Positions 24,132-38,215 of a stretch of DNA of 64,000 nt are shown here, piece by piece (the stretch's first letter is position 1; every line of letters starts with the position of its first letter). The notes under the pieces are model-generated. The model worked only from the letters and a program-made list of their open reading frames with translations. It was not told the origin of the DNA and made no database searches. Origin of the DNA: Balanoglossus misakiensis (taxonomy: Eukaryota; Animalia; Hemichordata); NCBI GenBank assembly GCA_040954595.2, contig CM082592.2:12065696-12129695 (forward strand), written 5' to 3'. Both the position numbers and the translations under genes were made by a program.

Positions 24132-27100
24132 TCTGAAGTCGGCCGCAAAAAGACGACTGTGTCGCAGCTAGAGGTCAACTGTCAGCGAAGAATGGGCTTC
24201 CTCTCCTCGTCTCGGTTAATCAATCAGTTAGTGCAACCACCCCATGAAACGAACCCCAAAAGCTATGGCCCCGTTCCTCGTCGAGGGTACTTTTTAAAGC
24301 GTGTTACACTCGACGCTAACAATACATCCTATTGGTCTCCCCCGTCTCGTTTTCACCTCTCAACAAATAAAACCATGTCACGTGACTTCAAAACTACTTG
24401 ACTGTATGTACCACGAAAGACAGCGCCCTCGGGGCACACCTGGGTTGACACTACTTCTTTTCTTTTTTCCTCCAATGTGTTGTTTCTGGAACAGATGTTC
24501 AAAACGAGTTAATTGAACTAGTGAATCAAATGGATTAGTTCTAGTTTTAGCCCGGAGTGGTGAAATTGCCCCACCATTGTTTTTGCTTATTTTAAGAAGC
24601 AGTTGTTGCAACTATTTTTACATCTCCTAGATAAATCTGCACTCTGTCTATCTGTCTACGTACATGTATATAACTATCTATTCACGTCAACAAATACAAA
24701 CTTTGACCACTTGAAATGTTTTTTTTTAAATAATAACTACAGAGATACAGCTACTGTTTAATTTGAAAACCTGACATGTCTAAGGAATGAAACAAACTCC
24801 TCCCTCTATATTCCACACGCGAGAAGAAACTTGCATAGCAATTCTCTCGGGAAAGCTGAAAGGGGGGTGGGTGGGGGGAATTACTCAACAAGGTCGCGAT
24901 CCATTTACTGCCACATACCTTAAGTCAAGAAGGACATTATAGTGCATCTCTGGAAAGCTGAACAACCTTCAAGACGTATACGTCTACACCACATGTTGGG
25001 GGGGGGGGGGGTAATCTTGCCCATGAGTCCAATTTTTTAAATACAAGCCCCGATATCTGCGCAACCAAGAATGCCACATCTGGCAAGGGTGGAACATTTT
25101 AAATTTACATCTGGTGTGGATCTTTGTTGTGCAATGAATGTTCCCCATGTTACTCATACTTTGTACAAGTGTCAGCAGACTCACGCAATTGGTCAGTTAA
25201 TAGCATGGCATAATTTTACGTAAATAAAAATTATGTCATTGACATAATTTGACAATAAACTAAAAAATAATGTTATGAAAAGACACCGCCGCCGGGGCTT
25301 TGACCGAAGGGAGTTGTCGACGAAGCTAGACGATAATGAGCAAAATGACATTGGCCAGAGGCGTCGTCTCACTGAAACGTCGCGAATATCAATGAGGAGA
25401 TGATTACCAATTCTTGTGATCTTTGGAAAATTGGTTGGCTTATTTGGCGGTCATATAACTGTACACATGCCCCTACTGTCTGACAAGAATTTATTTTCAA
25501 TGCCAGCAGTTGTGCATGCCATTTTTTATAAGCGGAAAGGAAAAATCAGGTTTCTTAGTGTCTTTTTTACAGCAGCGCGCAAATGTGTTGTTTGAAGAAA
25601 TGAGAAGTCTTTCGTAGCCGTCATCCAAAGCAATTAACTTTTCCCCGACATTGAGTGACATTCATTGACTTATGTCACAACCCAACGGTTTCTCCCCCCA
25701 AGACAAATCCCCATTTCTAAAGATCTTTCTCGACGTCCATTGCCATATAAATTGATTAACCGATTGCTTAATCATTCGTGACTCCGTGATAAGTAGCTAC
25801 CCTTTGCTTTCGTTGTGACTTGACGCTATTTCACGGTCGGACGAGCAATGCAACCGAAGGTTTAATCAGAGTTTCATTGATGGACAGCCAAGAGTCACAT
25901 TGGCACTCAGTGAACTGTTGTTGAAAATATTCGAAGCACGCAAGGTCCATCTTTTTGGATTTATTTTGAGACAACAGCAATTATTGTCGTCTGCTGTTTG
26001 TGATGACTCGACACAAAAGCCTCGCAGTGGTCTCCTCGGGCTATACGGCCGGCTATTTATACAAAACCTTGGTTGTTGTTCGTCACCCTTGACAACAAGA
26101 TCTCTTGTCGCAAAGGTCATGGATCATTACAATAATATTATTTTTTATATTAGCTATGTCGCGAAAAAAAGGACAAACGGGTGTCCTTACAGTACAAATC
26201 TTATGTCGTGATACATACATGGCGCCCTCACCCGATCAAGGCACCGTGGATGCGCACGTTGTTCAAACCACAGTTCCTCTATCTGACTTTAATACTAAGT
26301 AGTTTTACTGTATCATATTCGAGAGCATAGCACAGCCAGCGGTAGAAATGGGTACTGTAACAAGACTATTGCTCGGGGAAGACATTAGTGCCTTCGTCGT
26401 AAACCACGACCTCTTTAGGGCAACAGCGGAGGGAGATGACTCTGGCTCGCCAGAATGCTGGCCTGCTATTAGAAGTGGAAGCTCGGTTCAGATCACCTAC
26501 ATAAATTCACTATAAGTTAAAAGTCGTAATTTAAAGATAATAAGAATACCGCTGGAACCCTGCAAACTAAATTTCAAAGAAATTGGACAAGATATTTTGC
26601 AGAAATGAAGTTTTGACCAAGCTGGTCAAAACCTGCGCCCACTCTACAATATTGATTTATTGGATATCAAGTCCGTGCTTCCTCGAGTCATTCAGTTCTT
26701 CATCAGCACCTCGCGCGCCCTCTCCCAAGCCAGTTGGGACCATTGTTTGCGACAGAGTCACGTGTCGATGTAAAAATGGTATGTAGTCCACAGAAACAAG
26801 GCCAGTAAACACAGTAGAACTGCTTCGGTCAGCAAAGTACTTTGACACACATACACGCATCATTTATAGTGTATGTGACCCAGGCAACGGGATGGGCTTG
26901 CGAGGCGACGCAGCCAAGGTCGTCAACAACATCACGTCCACGTCAAGAACTGTTTTTTAATCACGGTGTTTGTCGTTCGTGGAGAAAGTGTACTTGGGCA
27001 GATAATGGCAGTGACCTTAGCCGATTGGTGTTTCAGGTTCACGTTCAGGTTCAGGGATAATGTCATTATTTGTTATTCCTTGGAATGCATTTGCCGTCAC

Positions 27101-27313
27101 TTATGGCTAATGGACAAAAATGTAAATTACGGAAATGTGTCTCAATGAGGTAGGAAAGGTGAATTTCAGTCAAACATGTTTTTTTCAGAAACCTCAGTCC
27201 ATCAGGTCGTCGAAAGCAAGAACGAATTTTCACAAACACCATGATTTTGTGGTTTTCTTTAGTCTGACTTTCAATCCTTTTAACCTGTCGATCTTCTGTA
27301 ATGTACCTGTTTG

Positions 27314-27322
27314 AAAGAAAAA

Positions 27323-27354
<32 letters not shown>

Positions 27355-27356
27355 AA
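27314..27356. repeat. (AAAG)n microsatellite
   Basis: aaagaaagaaag... directly visible. Confidence 0.92.
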
Positions 27357-29726
27357 ATTCCATAGCGAGTTCAGAAACTCTTGAATGTCTATGAATTCTC
27401 ATGAACGTATCCAATACATTGTATTTGTTTGTTTGTTTGTTATAAATAATGCGAAAGTGTGTTCCAATTCGCAGTCATACACCGACCTCAATTTTCAGCA
27501 GGTTTACTCAGACATGCACGGGTCTGCACGTCCCCCCTGCAATTGGGTCAACTCATCAGAGATCTTGTAACGGTACACCGGACGTAAACACCATACAATG
27601 AATGGTGGCGGTTGCCGCATGGCGCGCGTCTGCAGATCTCAGTGATTCAAATGGAGCGCCTCAGCCGTGGAAAACATAAAATCTTTTGTTCGTCCATGTC
27701 CCGGTCGCATCGGTATATTTCCATTCTGTCAGTTTCAATTCGCCATGACGTCAATGGTGGCCTTGAACAGGGGAACAAGTGGGGTCTAAATTCTCGAAAA
27801 CACCATTTACACGATAAACATCTTGAAAAACACCCCATAATCACCAACATCGTCTGACTCGCTGAATAGACCACATGTGTACTTGTGTTTGTGAAATAAA
27901 CCGACAGCCCGTCGACTATGTTCCGGGCGTTCAGTGTTGACAATTATCAACGAATATTTAAAGCAGACAGAAAAAAAATTGATCGTTTGATTTTCATTGT
28001 TTGCATCTACCAGCTATTAACCACAACAATTACATGGCTAACTACAAGACGACCCTGACCAAGTCCAGGCGGATTCGAAACATTTTTAGCAGTTTTAGGT
28101 GCCAGGTAACCAACTTATCCTGAAAGTGAATGTTTTCTAAAGTTTTATCGCTTTGGAGTTTAAATAGAACGCATGTTATCACATTAGATTAGGGAGTGTT
28201 CCATCGAAATCACGACACAGAAAACACTCCTATGGTCGGGTTGTCTGAATTCTTTCTCCACAATTACTGTTTTGGAATGGCAAAGATGCACAGTTCTCCA
28301 GATGTTTTGATATTGTGCCCAGACAGATGTTATTGTAAGGTTAACGTGAGGACACGGATCCTTGGTGCGATGAAGATAAAAAAGAGTCAATGGTGGACAG
28401 TGTCATCCAAAGGCCAATTTTGTGCGGGTGGGCGTTGGCGTAAATGAGCGCCACCATGCGACGGATATATGCAGCACTCCCTCAGACAAAAATGAACCTC
28501 GCTCCAGGGTATTTGATTGAACAGTACGGGAATGCCTTGCCCTATTTTCTCGCAGACCATCGGGGGTTTATGATTGCATCAGAATGCAGACACAGAAATC
28601 TAGACATATCAATCATGCTTACAATATTTGACACATTTTATTCCGATTATTAGTGGCCCAGCGTTTTCTATGAAAGATGTCGTGAATGGAACAATTACAC
28701 CACTGACAATATCTTGAAGGAACGGCGGGCAGTTTTGTCCCCCTTTTGATCTTATAGACCCAAGGGACAAGAAAAACCCAGACGTTTGAGATCGTGTGCG
28801 GTCATAATGCGAAAAGTCAGACTTTGAAATCTAGGTGAATTCGTGATGTCGGTTGGAAGACGACAGATCTTGCCTACTAATTCCACGAGGTCTCATCTAG
28901 AATTTGTAGTACACATGTATTGAGCATGTTATACAATGGTTCTAGTTATCGGTGCGTATTGCCAACAAATCAAACACCACATCTATGCAGACTTTGTCTG
29001 TGTGAAAATTGGCCTGTCACAGCTGCTTACTTTATCAGTTTTTATGTGTCAAAAATTGTAGTAAAGTAACACAGATTTCTCTGATCTCGAATAAATTGAA
29101 CACTAACAGTTACTTCATGACATTGGACACTGTGCGTAGAGTGACTGTGTTTCTCTAGTATGTACAGTGTGTACATATGAGAACCGCCAATTGGACTATA
29201 TGCCCGACGACTTTTTACGTTGGTATTGACCGTGATCTTCCTACCTCCATTGTGAGATCATAAGCTTAGGTGTGAGTTTGCGGGCATGTCCAACTTAAAC
29301 TTTTCAAAACATTTCATATTCTATAACGATACTTGAAATAAATGCATCTGTGGTACCTCCTTGATAAAAGGAAACCATTTCGCACAATGCTTCACAACTT
29401 GAAATGTAAACAACAACACTGGATAAACAACTGTGAATGAATTAAACAAATCCGAGAAGGAAGTCGGTTGGCGCCATGATGATACACTTGTCATCCTGCA
29501 AAGCCTCTTTCCACCTGGAACTCGTTAGCACCTGCAATAGCATTCAAAGTTGTCCAATCAAAACAGCCGTTTTAAAAGAAAGGCAGGTAATCGGCCATTG
29601 TTTCAGAATCAAGGTGAAGAGTCCGTGGACAAGTCTGAATTTTGTCACATTTCAAAAAGAGGTCAGTCGGAGATAATCTTCCTTTCTTTGTGGTCCCACG
29701 AACCAATTTCTGAAAAGTTTACGTGA

Positions 29727-30005
29727 ATGATGAGTGAGAGTCAAGAAAGAATCAAGCAAGAATTGCTTCGCGAACAGCGGAAGCTACAAGAACAGATTCG
29801 CCGACTAGAAGCTGGGAAGGGCCGTCGTCGGGCTCAGCTAATGGAGGGAGAGCGATTGCTGAAACGACGAATATTGACCGACCGCCCGTTTCTGCCGACG
29901 CCCGTCGTCGACTTGTCGAAGGTGAACCTGAACTCTGACAGCCGTGAACTGCGAGGAACCAAGAAACCCGTGTCGTATGTAACAGCATCTCGACAATCTT
30001 TGAAG
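29727..30005 (+). CDS. Uncharacterised protein, exon 1 (charged coiled-coil N-terminus)
   Basis: Encodes MMSESQERIKQELLREQRKLQEQIRRLEAGK..., with an E/Q/R/L heptad pattern. Donor AAG|gtaaaa after exactly 93 codons (phase 0). Confidence 0.7.
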
Positions 30006-30840
30006 GTAAAACCAGCTTTGTTATATTTGTCATGGACGCGCGGCACTGATCTCCTGGTTTTGTGCATGTGTGTGCATTGAGCTACCACTCAGGTAGCTCC
30101 ATGCTGTGTGTAAGTTTACAAAATAGAGTATAGTAAAATAATTCCCCAATCATTTTATAATGGGTGCGGTAGAACAACTTTCGTGCCACCTTTTATCGCC
30201 TCGTGTGCTTTGTACCGTAGTCTGTCTGTGGGCAGACATCTCGACACTACCTCCTTCATGGTCCTTTATTGTTCCGATGACCATGGACAGTCTATGCGAT
30301 GACCATCTTCACATGCGCCCGGTAAATCAACCTAGATTCCATCAAAAGTTACATTATGGTTACCCTAGTTGCAGAATTGCTATCTCCAATGCACCATAAA
30401 TAACTAGGACACGTCCACCCCTACTTTTATTAGAAAATAATTTATGCATCCCGGCTTGGCCACACAGTCCGTCCAAGGGGATTATTTCTAGCCATGAGTC
30501 CATCACAATTGTAGCTGCGTGGTCTAATCACGCTTCTTCTAAGGTCCGGCTTTTGTTCTGTGGTTTTGTGACTTGTCAACTTGTTTGGTTTCATGTGACA
30601 ATTGGTCACACAGTGAGGCCATGACCACGACGGTGAAGATACCCAGAGCTTTTGTCCCTCCACATGTCAAGGCATATAAACGCTACATGAACATGCCACC
30701 CACCTGTGTGGGAGACATCTCACCACGGGACCTACAGCATTGCAGGTCCTTGGTGTCTCCCACAACCCAGACAGTGATCTCACCCACCATTTTTATTTAT
30801 TTTCTTTTCTTTTTTTTTTGTTTTGTTTCGTCCCCTATAG

Positions 30841-31665
30841 CAATATACAAAATCTGGTCTCTCGACCACTGAAATATGTTCTTCGTTCGATAGTCCACAT
30901 GGCGACAGAAACTCCCACCAACGCGCGCTTTCTAGACCGAAACAGGGCCTAGCAAAAGCGAGCCGGGTTCCTTCTCTCCCGAAGATACAACCAAAGCTCA
31001 ATGCAAATCCCAAAGAATCCAGAGACAAGACAGATGCTGCCAAGATGGGAACCCTTGCCTGCCCAGGTGACATGTTGTCCATTTATCGGAAACCGCTCAA
31101 TCAGCGCCAGAGGAAGGTGCAAACAGACATCATTGGCACGCCTCCTTTGCACATTCTCCTGCACCGAATGCTTCAACGATCTTCAAGGGGAAAGGGAAAA
31201 TTCGACCCAACAGAACGCCGGCGAACGACAAACGATCCGGTGAACCATGATAAGCGCAATGAGGAGTCGGCGGCGGCGCCCTTGGCAACTGTAGCCGAGA
31301 CGCGAAGTGTGTCCATGGTAACACCGAGTGGGACGTCGAGTGGTGCCTTTGAGGATTACGAAGTCCCGACCTTTTGTTCTGACACAGGAAACGAAACAGG
31401 TACAATAGATGCCGATTTGCCTGTAGCGCCAGACGGTCAGGGAGAGGTTGAGCGTCATGATGAAACCGTAAAATCCCAGCAGGCTGCTGAGACTGCGCAG
31501 TCCTCACCCAGACAACTAACATATGTCGAAAGAAATCCAATGGTGTCATCAAAACAGCAATTCAGAAAACTCGTACACAGACACTCCATAGGAACGCCTC
31601 CTATGCACGTGGTGTTGCACGACATGTTCGAGAAACAGCTGCGTTTGTCGACTGGGAGACCGTGA
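30841..31665 (+). CDS. Uncharacterised protein, exon 2 (terminal)
   Basis: A long polypyrimidine tract then cctatag|CAA (phase 0). The frame is open from 30841 into ORF 31045..31665 (QYTKSGLSTT...KMGTLACPG...STGRP*). The joined protein is ~367 aa with a twice-repeated IGTPPxHxxLHxM motif. Confidence 0.72.
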   Translation, partial: QYTKSGLSTTEICSSFDSPHGDRNSHQRALSRPKQGLAKASRVPSLPKIQPKLNANPKESRDKTDAAKMGTLACPGDMLSIYRKPLNQRQRKVQTDIIGTPPLHILLHRMLQRSSRGKGKFDPTERRRTTNDPVNHDKRNEESAAAPLATVAETRSVSMVTPSGTSSGAFEDYEVPTFCSDTGNETGTIDADLPVAPDGQGEVERHDETVKSQQAAETAQSSPRQLTYVERNPMVSSKQQFRKLVHRHSIGTPPMHVVLHDMFEKQLRLSTGRP

Positions 31666-34600
31666 AAGGCCAGACAGTTTGACCCACTGACCCACTCTTC
31701 TCGAATTCTCTGGTGTGTCTGCAGACACGCCACCAGTATCAAACTTTCCCCTTTTGTAACTGATCGGCACTGCAAGTTGTCGTTGTTTCCAGCTAAATTT
31801 AATGTTTCGAATTATAGTGAAATGTAGTAATGCTTAGTTGGCCATATGCCCGTTTTACGATACTCGCCGTTTTCTCTTTTACGAATAGGTGAGAAGGTGA
31901 TTAGTTGTTAAACTTTTTTTTATGTTCGTTTCTTACTATTGGCATTGCAGAGTCTGTGGTCGAAAACACGGAAGATTTATTGCAGATACTGATTATTGTT
32001 TTATTCTTACTATTGTCCCGACCTTTAAATTTCCACTCATGGTATAGCAAAGTTAGTGACACCCATTATATAAAACAGTACTTTTTTATAGACATATGTA
32101 GATGTCTCGAAGTGAATGCCCAGTGTTAGTTTATTGTCCACGTCTCGGTTAGGCCATTCACAGTTCTCAAACTCTGCTGCCTACATGTATTGTATACAAG
32201 GATTGGGCCAATAGGGTTTCTGGGCTCCTCCACATGGTGCTTCAACTAGACAGGACGTGTTCTCCATGATTGATGACACCGTCTTTCTTCCTTGGGTTCT
32301 TTTACCGTCTGCTTTTCCTTGCACACAATGCCCACATTTCAATCACTTGCATAAACCAATAACAAATGCGCACTTTCCATCTTTGGACAGCGGAATCTTA
32401 AACGACAACCGCAAACCACAAGGTTTTTGTAGGGAGGTATGAAATTGTGTCTCAATAGTCTGTGGGTAGCTGCATGAACCATGGAGAGACGTCCATACTT
32501 GAACAGACCACAGACAATCTGTCTATGAACAGAACTATTGCGGGTTTATTACTCATATCAATGTCCCTTGACGTCTTCCGTGAATCCAGAGACAGCACGT
32601 GTTGAACTCTGCATAAACAGAGGCCGATGTGCTGTCTGCATTTTTGTCCTTTTGTTGACCCCGGACAATAATCTACAATCACCACCATGTGTAATGAATT
32701 TATAGTTGTCAACTTGAACTTTTGTAAAAAAAAATAAACTCGGGGTAGGATAGTTTAAAATAAACGTTTGCTTGATGCGGTAGCCTCGCGTTTATTTGAC
32801 ATCATATTGTCACTGCATCTACCTGACGCGTCGCACCTTCGGTTGGCCACTTACCGACACGAACGACGACCCTTCATCACGAAAGAACGGATCACGCACA
32901 TCAATTTGAATTTGCATAATCGATGACGTCAACTGCTCTCCAACAAAATGACATATAAACGTCAAATTTTTTCATCTAATTGATGTTTACCTCATTTACG
33001 GCGTGATATTCAACCGGCCCTGCAACCCTTATTTCCTGTGACCCGTCTTACCCTCGGAGGATTTGCGCACATCCGCTCTCGCATTTGTAAATTACACGGG
33101 CAGTGAATTTCATCTTTTAATGCTCCATTGTCTCCGCATTTCCGCCAGATATTCATGTATTATATTATTTATTATATTGCCAGTATTGAAGTGCTAACCG
33201 GACAATGGACTGTTTCTTCAAAGGTTTGAGTTCCCAGCTTAAAAACAATCAATCGCTCATCAAAACCTGGACCATTTCCGTTAAGAAATTACAGGTACTA
33301 TTGTTTCCCTCTTTTGATGAGAGAATAGTGGAAAAGTAGGACTTCCTGGAAGTTGATGACAATGCCGGATAAAGAGTTTTTGGGACGTTGACGTCCCCGT
33401 CGAAAATCGCCGTGATGAAAACAAACATCTCTTTTGAAATGTTGCGCTGATATATTTCTCTCTATTGTCAATAATATGAAACAGCTCATACACAGGAAAC
33501 GTTGTCGTGGTAAAACTCACTCAAGAGAAAAGTCTGTATACGCATTTGTAGACCCTGGATTTCCAGGGTCCAAGATCATCGCGATAACCGGAGCGCATAG
33601 TTAATGTAAAAGCCACCGACTTTCATCTGTTTTCGTGTTCATTTGGAGGTCAATGCCCGACGACCACCTGTTGATTGCAAAGTCGTTAATGCTTGCGAGA
33701 AAATTTCATTCTTCCCTATATGACATGAACCTAAAAAAGCTCACATAAGTCAACTCACAATATTGGTTGATACATGTAATTCAAAATAACAATTGTTGTT
33801 CAGCGTACTTCGTCCTGGTGGTGACACGACAAAAGTCTACTTTACCGTTGTAACATAATCTGAAGCGATTCGTGGAGAACTTTCAGGTGCAAATGTACAT
33901 GATTATTTTGACTACAATGACAGCTGACTCAACACTCAACAAAGTTGCAATTGTTCAAGGGTCACTATCACTTCGCTTTTCGTGACCGTTCAACATTCAC
34001 AAATAAGAAGATAAATTTTAGCTGCTTGACAGTGAGAACGCCAGTCATTATGCGGTCGATGTTGTCCCGTTGTATTGGCATGTATCTTCGCAGCAGTCGG
34101 GTCGAGGTCCGTAATTTGAAGGGAGATGAAAAACTGGTCCCTGGACATCATTTGAAAATACTGACACTGCATTGGACAAAAGTAAGGGGAAATGTGGTCG
34201 TTATTGTCCGCACACCACACTTCACAGATTGTCAGCCAAGGAAAGGTCATTTCCATAATATACCTTGAATAGGGTTTCCTCGTCATGGTCTGCTTTCAAC
34301 AGTGTACACGTACACTGCACGTGCTCCGTGCACGTGCCTCAGGCTCGTCACATGAAATACCAGTACGTACATGAATTATATTTTTCTTCTGTTCCCACCT
34401 GGGGTTCCCACTGACATATACTCTTTAGTAAAGTTAAGGTGACCGTGACCGTTCGACGCTCAATGTCAAGTTAAATTTAGATTCTTCGTAATGAGAATTA
34501 GAATACCATTACGGTCGAGGTTGCTGTGTGTTGAAGTTTCTGTTCTTTTATTTGGTTAGATCTTCGGCCTTGGGTATTCTTCTCCGATAAATGTTTAGGA

Positions 34601-36992
34601 AATGGTCAACATGTGTTTTCTTCTTTGCAAGTGAAGACAGTTTCTTCACTGCGAGAGAATCCCAGAGAATGCAATGGAAAGAGACAAAATGACTGATTGG
34701 ATACTCTTCACATCAAAACTGCCGACAAGAGAATTTTGGTCCATACGAAGGATAAGAGTCATATCATGACATGACAGTTTCTCAGCAATCGAAATGACCT
34801 CACCGATTTCGCAAATAATCAAACTTCACTTACCAAAATGATAAACATGACAACAATGTGGAAGGATAATTAACATTCCAAAGAAATGTACATGTATTCA
34901 ATTGAAGGCCGCCCTCTTTTGGCAGTTCTTGTAAAGGCCCACAGAGTACGATTGACGCTGTTGGGTCGAGTCGTGGACAAATAACATGAAGAAAGAATTA
35001 TCCAATCGTCATACTTTTCCAGATGAAACCTGGGGTGTTGGTTCAAAGCTACCATGACAACTCCACATGGACCCTCCCCACAAAATCGTTAGATCCCCTG
35101 ATATGTTCAGAACAATAGGAACCGCCAGCCTTGAAACTCACTAGAACTGGCTGTGGTATTTGTCTGAGATTTGTTGTCTCTTTCGCCTGTTGATTGACTG
35201 TTGAGAGGCTGACTGAATCGAGTTTGCATCTCTGGAATTTTCAACCAGAGAATCATGGGTATCTCCAAGGACAAACGGTTTGTGTTTGGGGTCTTGGTAA
35301 CCCAAATCTCTGGTGTTTATTCTGAACTTGCTTCTCAACTTGTATTTGTCACGCGTTGTTTATTGGCTTTTAGTGGGCATAGTCGTCTAACGACCGTGTA
35401 ATCAGAGGAAGTGAAGACGCTGCCTCTAAAGCTTTGGTAAATTCAAGTTCATCATTCATTGTCTCAGGCAGGATGGTAGTCTCACCGCTCTCTGCACAAA
35501 AATTGTAAATTTATCACTTTTAAGAGTGAAAACTCACACTCATTTTAATTTCATGTAATATCTTTTTTTATTAATAAAATATTTAAAAAGTGTGTTATTG
35601 TAAATATATACATAGCGAGACAAAATCATCTCAAAATGTAAAAAATTCATGAAATTCAATTTCAAGGGCAGTTGAGAGTTTCAAACCTCAAAAAAATAAA
35701 TAATGAACAAAAAGAAACAAAGTTGACATGAACATTTTGCTTTTCGTCGAACTCGCGACGAGATTTAAACATCTCCTCCCTGACATGTTGCATTTCTGTA
35801 ACACGCCATAAAATTCGCCATGAAATTATCAACTTTTGCTTCCAGAGCAAGGCAAAGTTGTGAAGACAGTTGCTGTCAACTTTTGCAATCTTGTCAAGTT
35901 TTGGAGATTGCAAAAGTCTTTTGAAAAGCAGATGAAACGAAACTATGCGTCCAACGCTCAGTATTGTTTTCCAATAAATATTTGGCCGAAAGTTATTGAG
36001 ACGAAATCATCAAATATTTCAAAAACTTCAACAAGCTTAGAATGACATTTCGAGACTGGCAGTTTCGACCTATAGTGTATAAGTTAATGATGAACAATAA
36101 AAATATTTAGTTTAAAATTTGTGAAACACTGATTGAAATGTATATAGTCAGTCACTTAACTGGAAAAAAAACTCATGGAATGTTTTCTCAGGGAACAAAA
36201 CGGTTCCCGAAGTGGAATGTTTGTGAAGTATTTTCAAGCAAAAGTTTTTATACACAGATGTACTCTTTTCTGCGATATTTGAGAGTTTGCTATTTTATGC
36301 CACGCTATTGATATTTTTTCAACAAGGGTTCTTTGTCTCGCCATATTTTGGGTTTCACAGTTTGGTCATGCTTCCATGGCGGGCAAAATATGCTTGATTT
36401 CATTTTCCGTTCGGTTTAGTTTGGTCTCTGTGAACGACCCGTGGAACGGTGGACGTGAAATGAGGGCGAAACAAAGCGACCTTGTTGAAACAACAGGCTG
36501 GCATTGTTCTCAGCTAACAGAGTCGGTGCTTTTTTGTGTTCTTTTTTCGATACACGCTCTTAATTTTCCTTCGTCTTTGTGCAAGAATAATCGCAAGTCT
36601 TCCGACTTGAGTGATTTTTAAAAAACGGTCTTTGTGTGCAATATGGAAAATAATCGTCGCCGTGACGAACATGACCATAATTGATGAGGTAGCTGATATG
36701 ATTTCGAAGAGGCGTACAAAGTGGAGCGAGCGTGTATCGCTCATCAAGGTTTCAATTCAAATTTTCGTACAAAAATAGAATTGCGGTATACATATACAAA
36801 ATATTTCATCTCACATTTCTGTGAACAACAAGGTGGTAATTCTATACAAAGTACAAATAATTGGTAAGTTTTCTCCTCACAAATAATTTAGATAAAAGCG
36901 TGGCATCACTCCTTGAGTTATCATTGAACTTTTTTAAAGTAATGTCCAACGCCTGACTGTATATTTTAAGTACGGTCCAGAGTGCCTTTCTT

Positions 36993-37336
36993 TTACATTG
37001 CCCACTGTTCACGCTTGCGCGCGGCGAAGCGGTCCGCCATCCTGAGCGCGCTGATGTCTTCCACAAACGATCTCTTTCTCGCCAGACCCACCATCCTCTC
37101 GCTTTCCTGCCAAAGTCGATTGGAGGCGACGTCGTCCCTGGCGAAGGGGAGAACCCAGCGAGGCTTGCACCCTTTGAAATATTTCCCGGAGTGCGACTCT
37201 AATCCTGGCGCCACGGAGCAATGGAGGGGCGTGTGTATACCGGCTTCTACGGGCTTGAAGAAGACCAGGGTTACCAGAGGCGCAATTGTACGGAGCCATC
37301 CATACCAGTTGCGTTTCAGGTCTGAATCGATACAGC
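36993..37336 (-). CDS. Retinol dehydrogenase-like SDR (RDH11-14/DHRS13 type), exon 4 (terminal)
   Basis: Acceptor gaccaacag|GC. Encodes (G)CIDSDLKRNWYGWLRTIAPLVTLVFFKPVEAGIHTPLHCSVAPGLESHSGKYFKGC...LWQESERMVGL...AM*, including the typical SGKYF and LWxxSExMVGL motifs. Confidence 0.9.
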
Positions 37337-37546
37337 CTGTTGGTCAAAATATGAAAAGGAGGGAATTTGTTAAAATCGGAAATTATCCAACATAACTAAA
37401 ACAATTCCATCAGGAACAACTTGGACAAATTTAATTGTTTTCAAGAACCGTGACAGTCGATTTCTGCAGTTAAGGTTACCAATTTTCAGCGAATCGTGGC
37501 AGAATTTTCAAATGGATGGTTATGGCCGACTTCAAATAACACTAAC

Positions 37547-37849
37547 CTGGATGCAAGGAGAAAGCCGACACCCCGGTTCCTTTCAAAACTTTGGCGAGTT
37601 GGTGAGTGAAGAGAACGTTGCAGAGTTTGGAGTTGCTGTAAGCTTTTGTTCTGTCTGTGTTGGCGCCAAGATTGTTCCAGTCGATGTTGGCGAACATGTA
37701 CATGTCCGAGGAGACGTTGATGATGCGACTGGAAGCGCCCTCTTTCAGCTTGTCCATCAACAGGTTCGTCAGGAGAAAGTGACCCAGATAGTTACTGCTG
37801 AAGACGATGTCATAGCCGTCTTCTGTCAGCTCATGGTCTTTCAAAAGAC
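37547..37849 (-). CDS. Retinol dehydrogenase-like SDR, exon 3 (catalytic)
   Basis: Acceptor gtccacag|GT and donor CCAG|gttagt. Contains TEDG, NYLGHFLLTNLL, SRIINVSS, the catalytic YSNSK (YxxxK) and LHPG. 303 bp, phase 1-1. Confidence 0.95.
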
Positions 37850-38215
37850 CTGTGGACAAAGGGCGGCGGGAGAAAAACAGGCCACGTTAGATGTGATGGT
37901 GGTGGTGGCTGTAAAATGCTGGGTGGAGTCACATTAATCGTGAAGTAGGCCTACACAAAGTGCTTGCCGTTCCATTTGTTCAAGCTGTCCAAAGACAGAA
38001 AAGCCTCTCATTGGATGATGGATCGTGATCGAGCTGAAGGCGAACATTTGTTGCCAAATGATCATCGAATCGTGGATGTTTTTTACTTCTGGAGCCCCCC
38101 CCCCCCTTCCCAAACATATAAAAAATTGGAACAATTTCAATGTGTTATATGATAACGGTTTCTTGTCAACTCTGAGAACTAACAACATGGCTGGATCTCC
38201 GAATGTTAGACCTAC

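Noticed and set aside
30613-30745. Possible extra exon of the uncharacterised gene (EAMTTTVKIPRAFVPPHVKAYKRYMNMPP...)
   Set aside because: The open frame needs phase 2-2 splicing, while the flanking exons join in phase 0. The donor (gtcctt) is weak.
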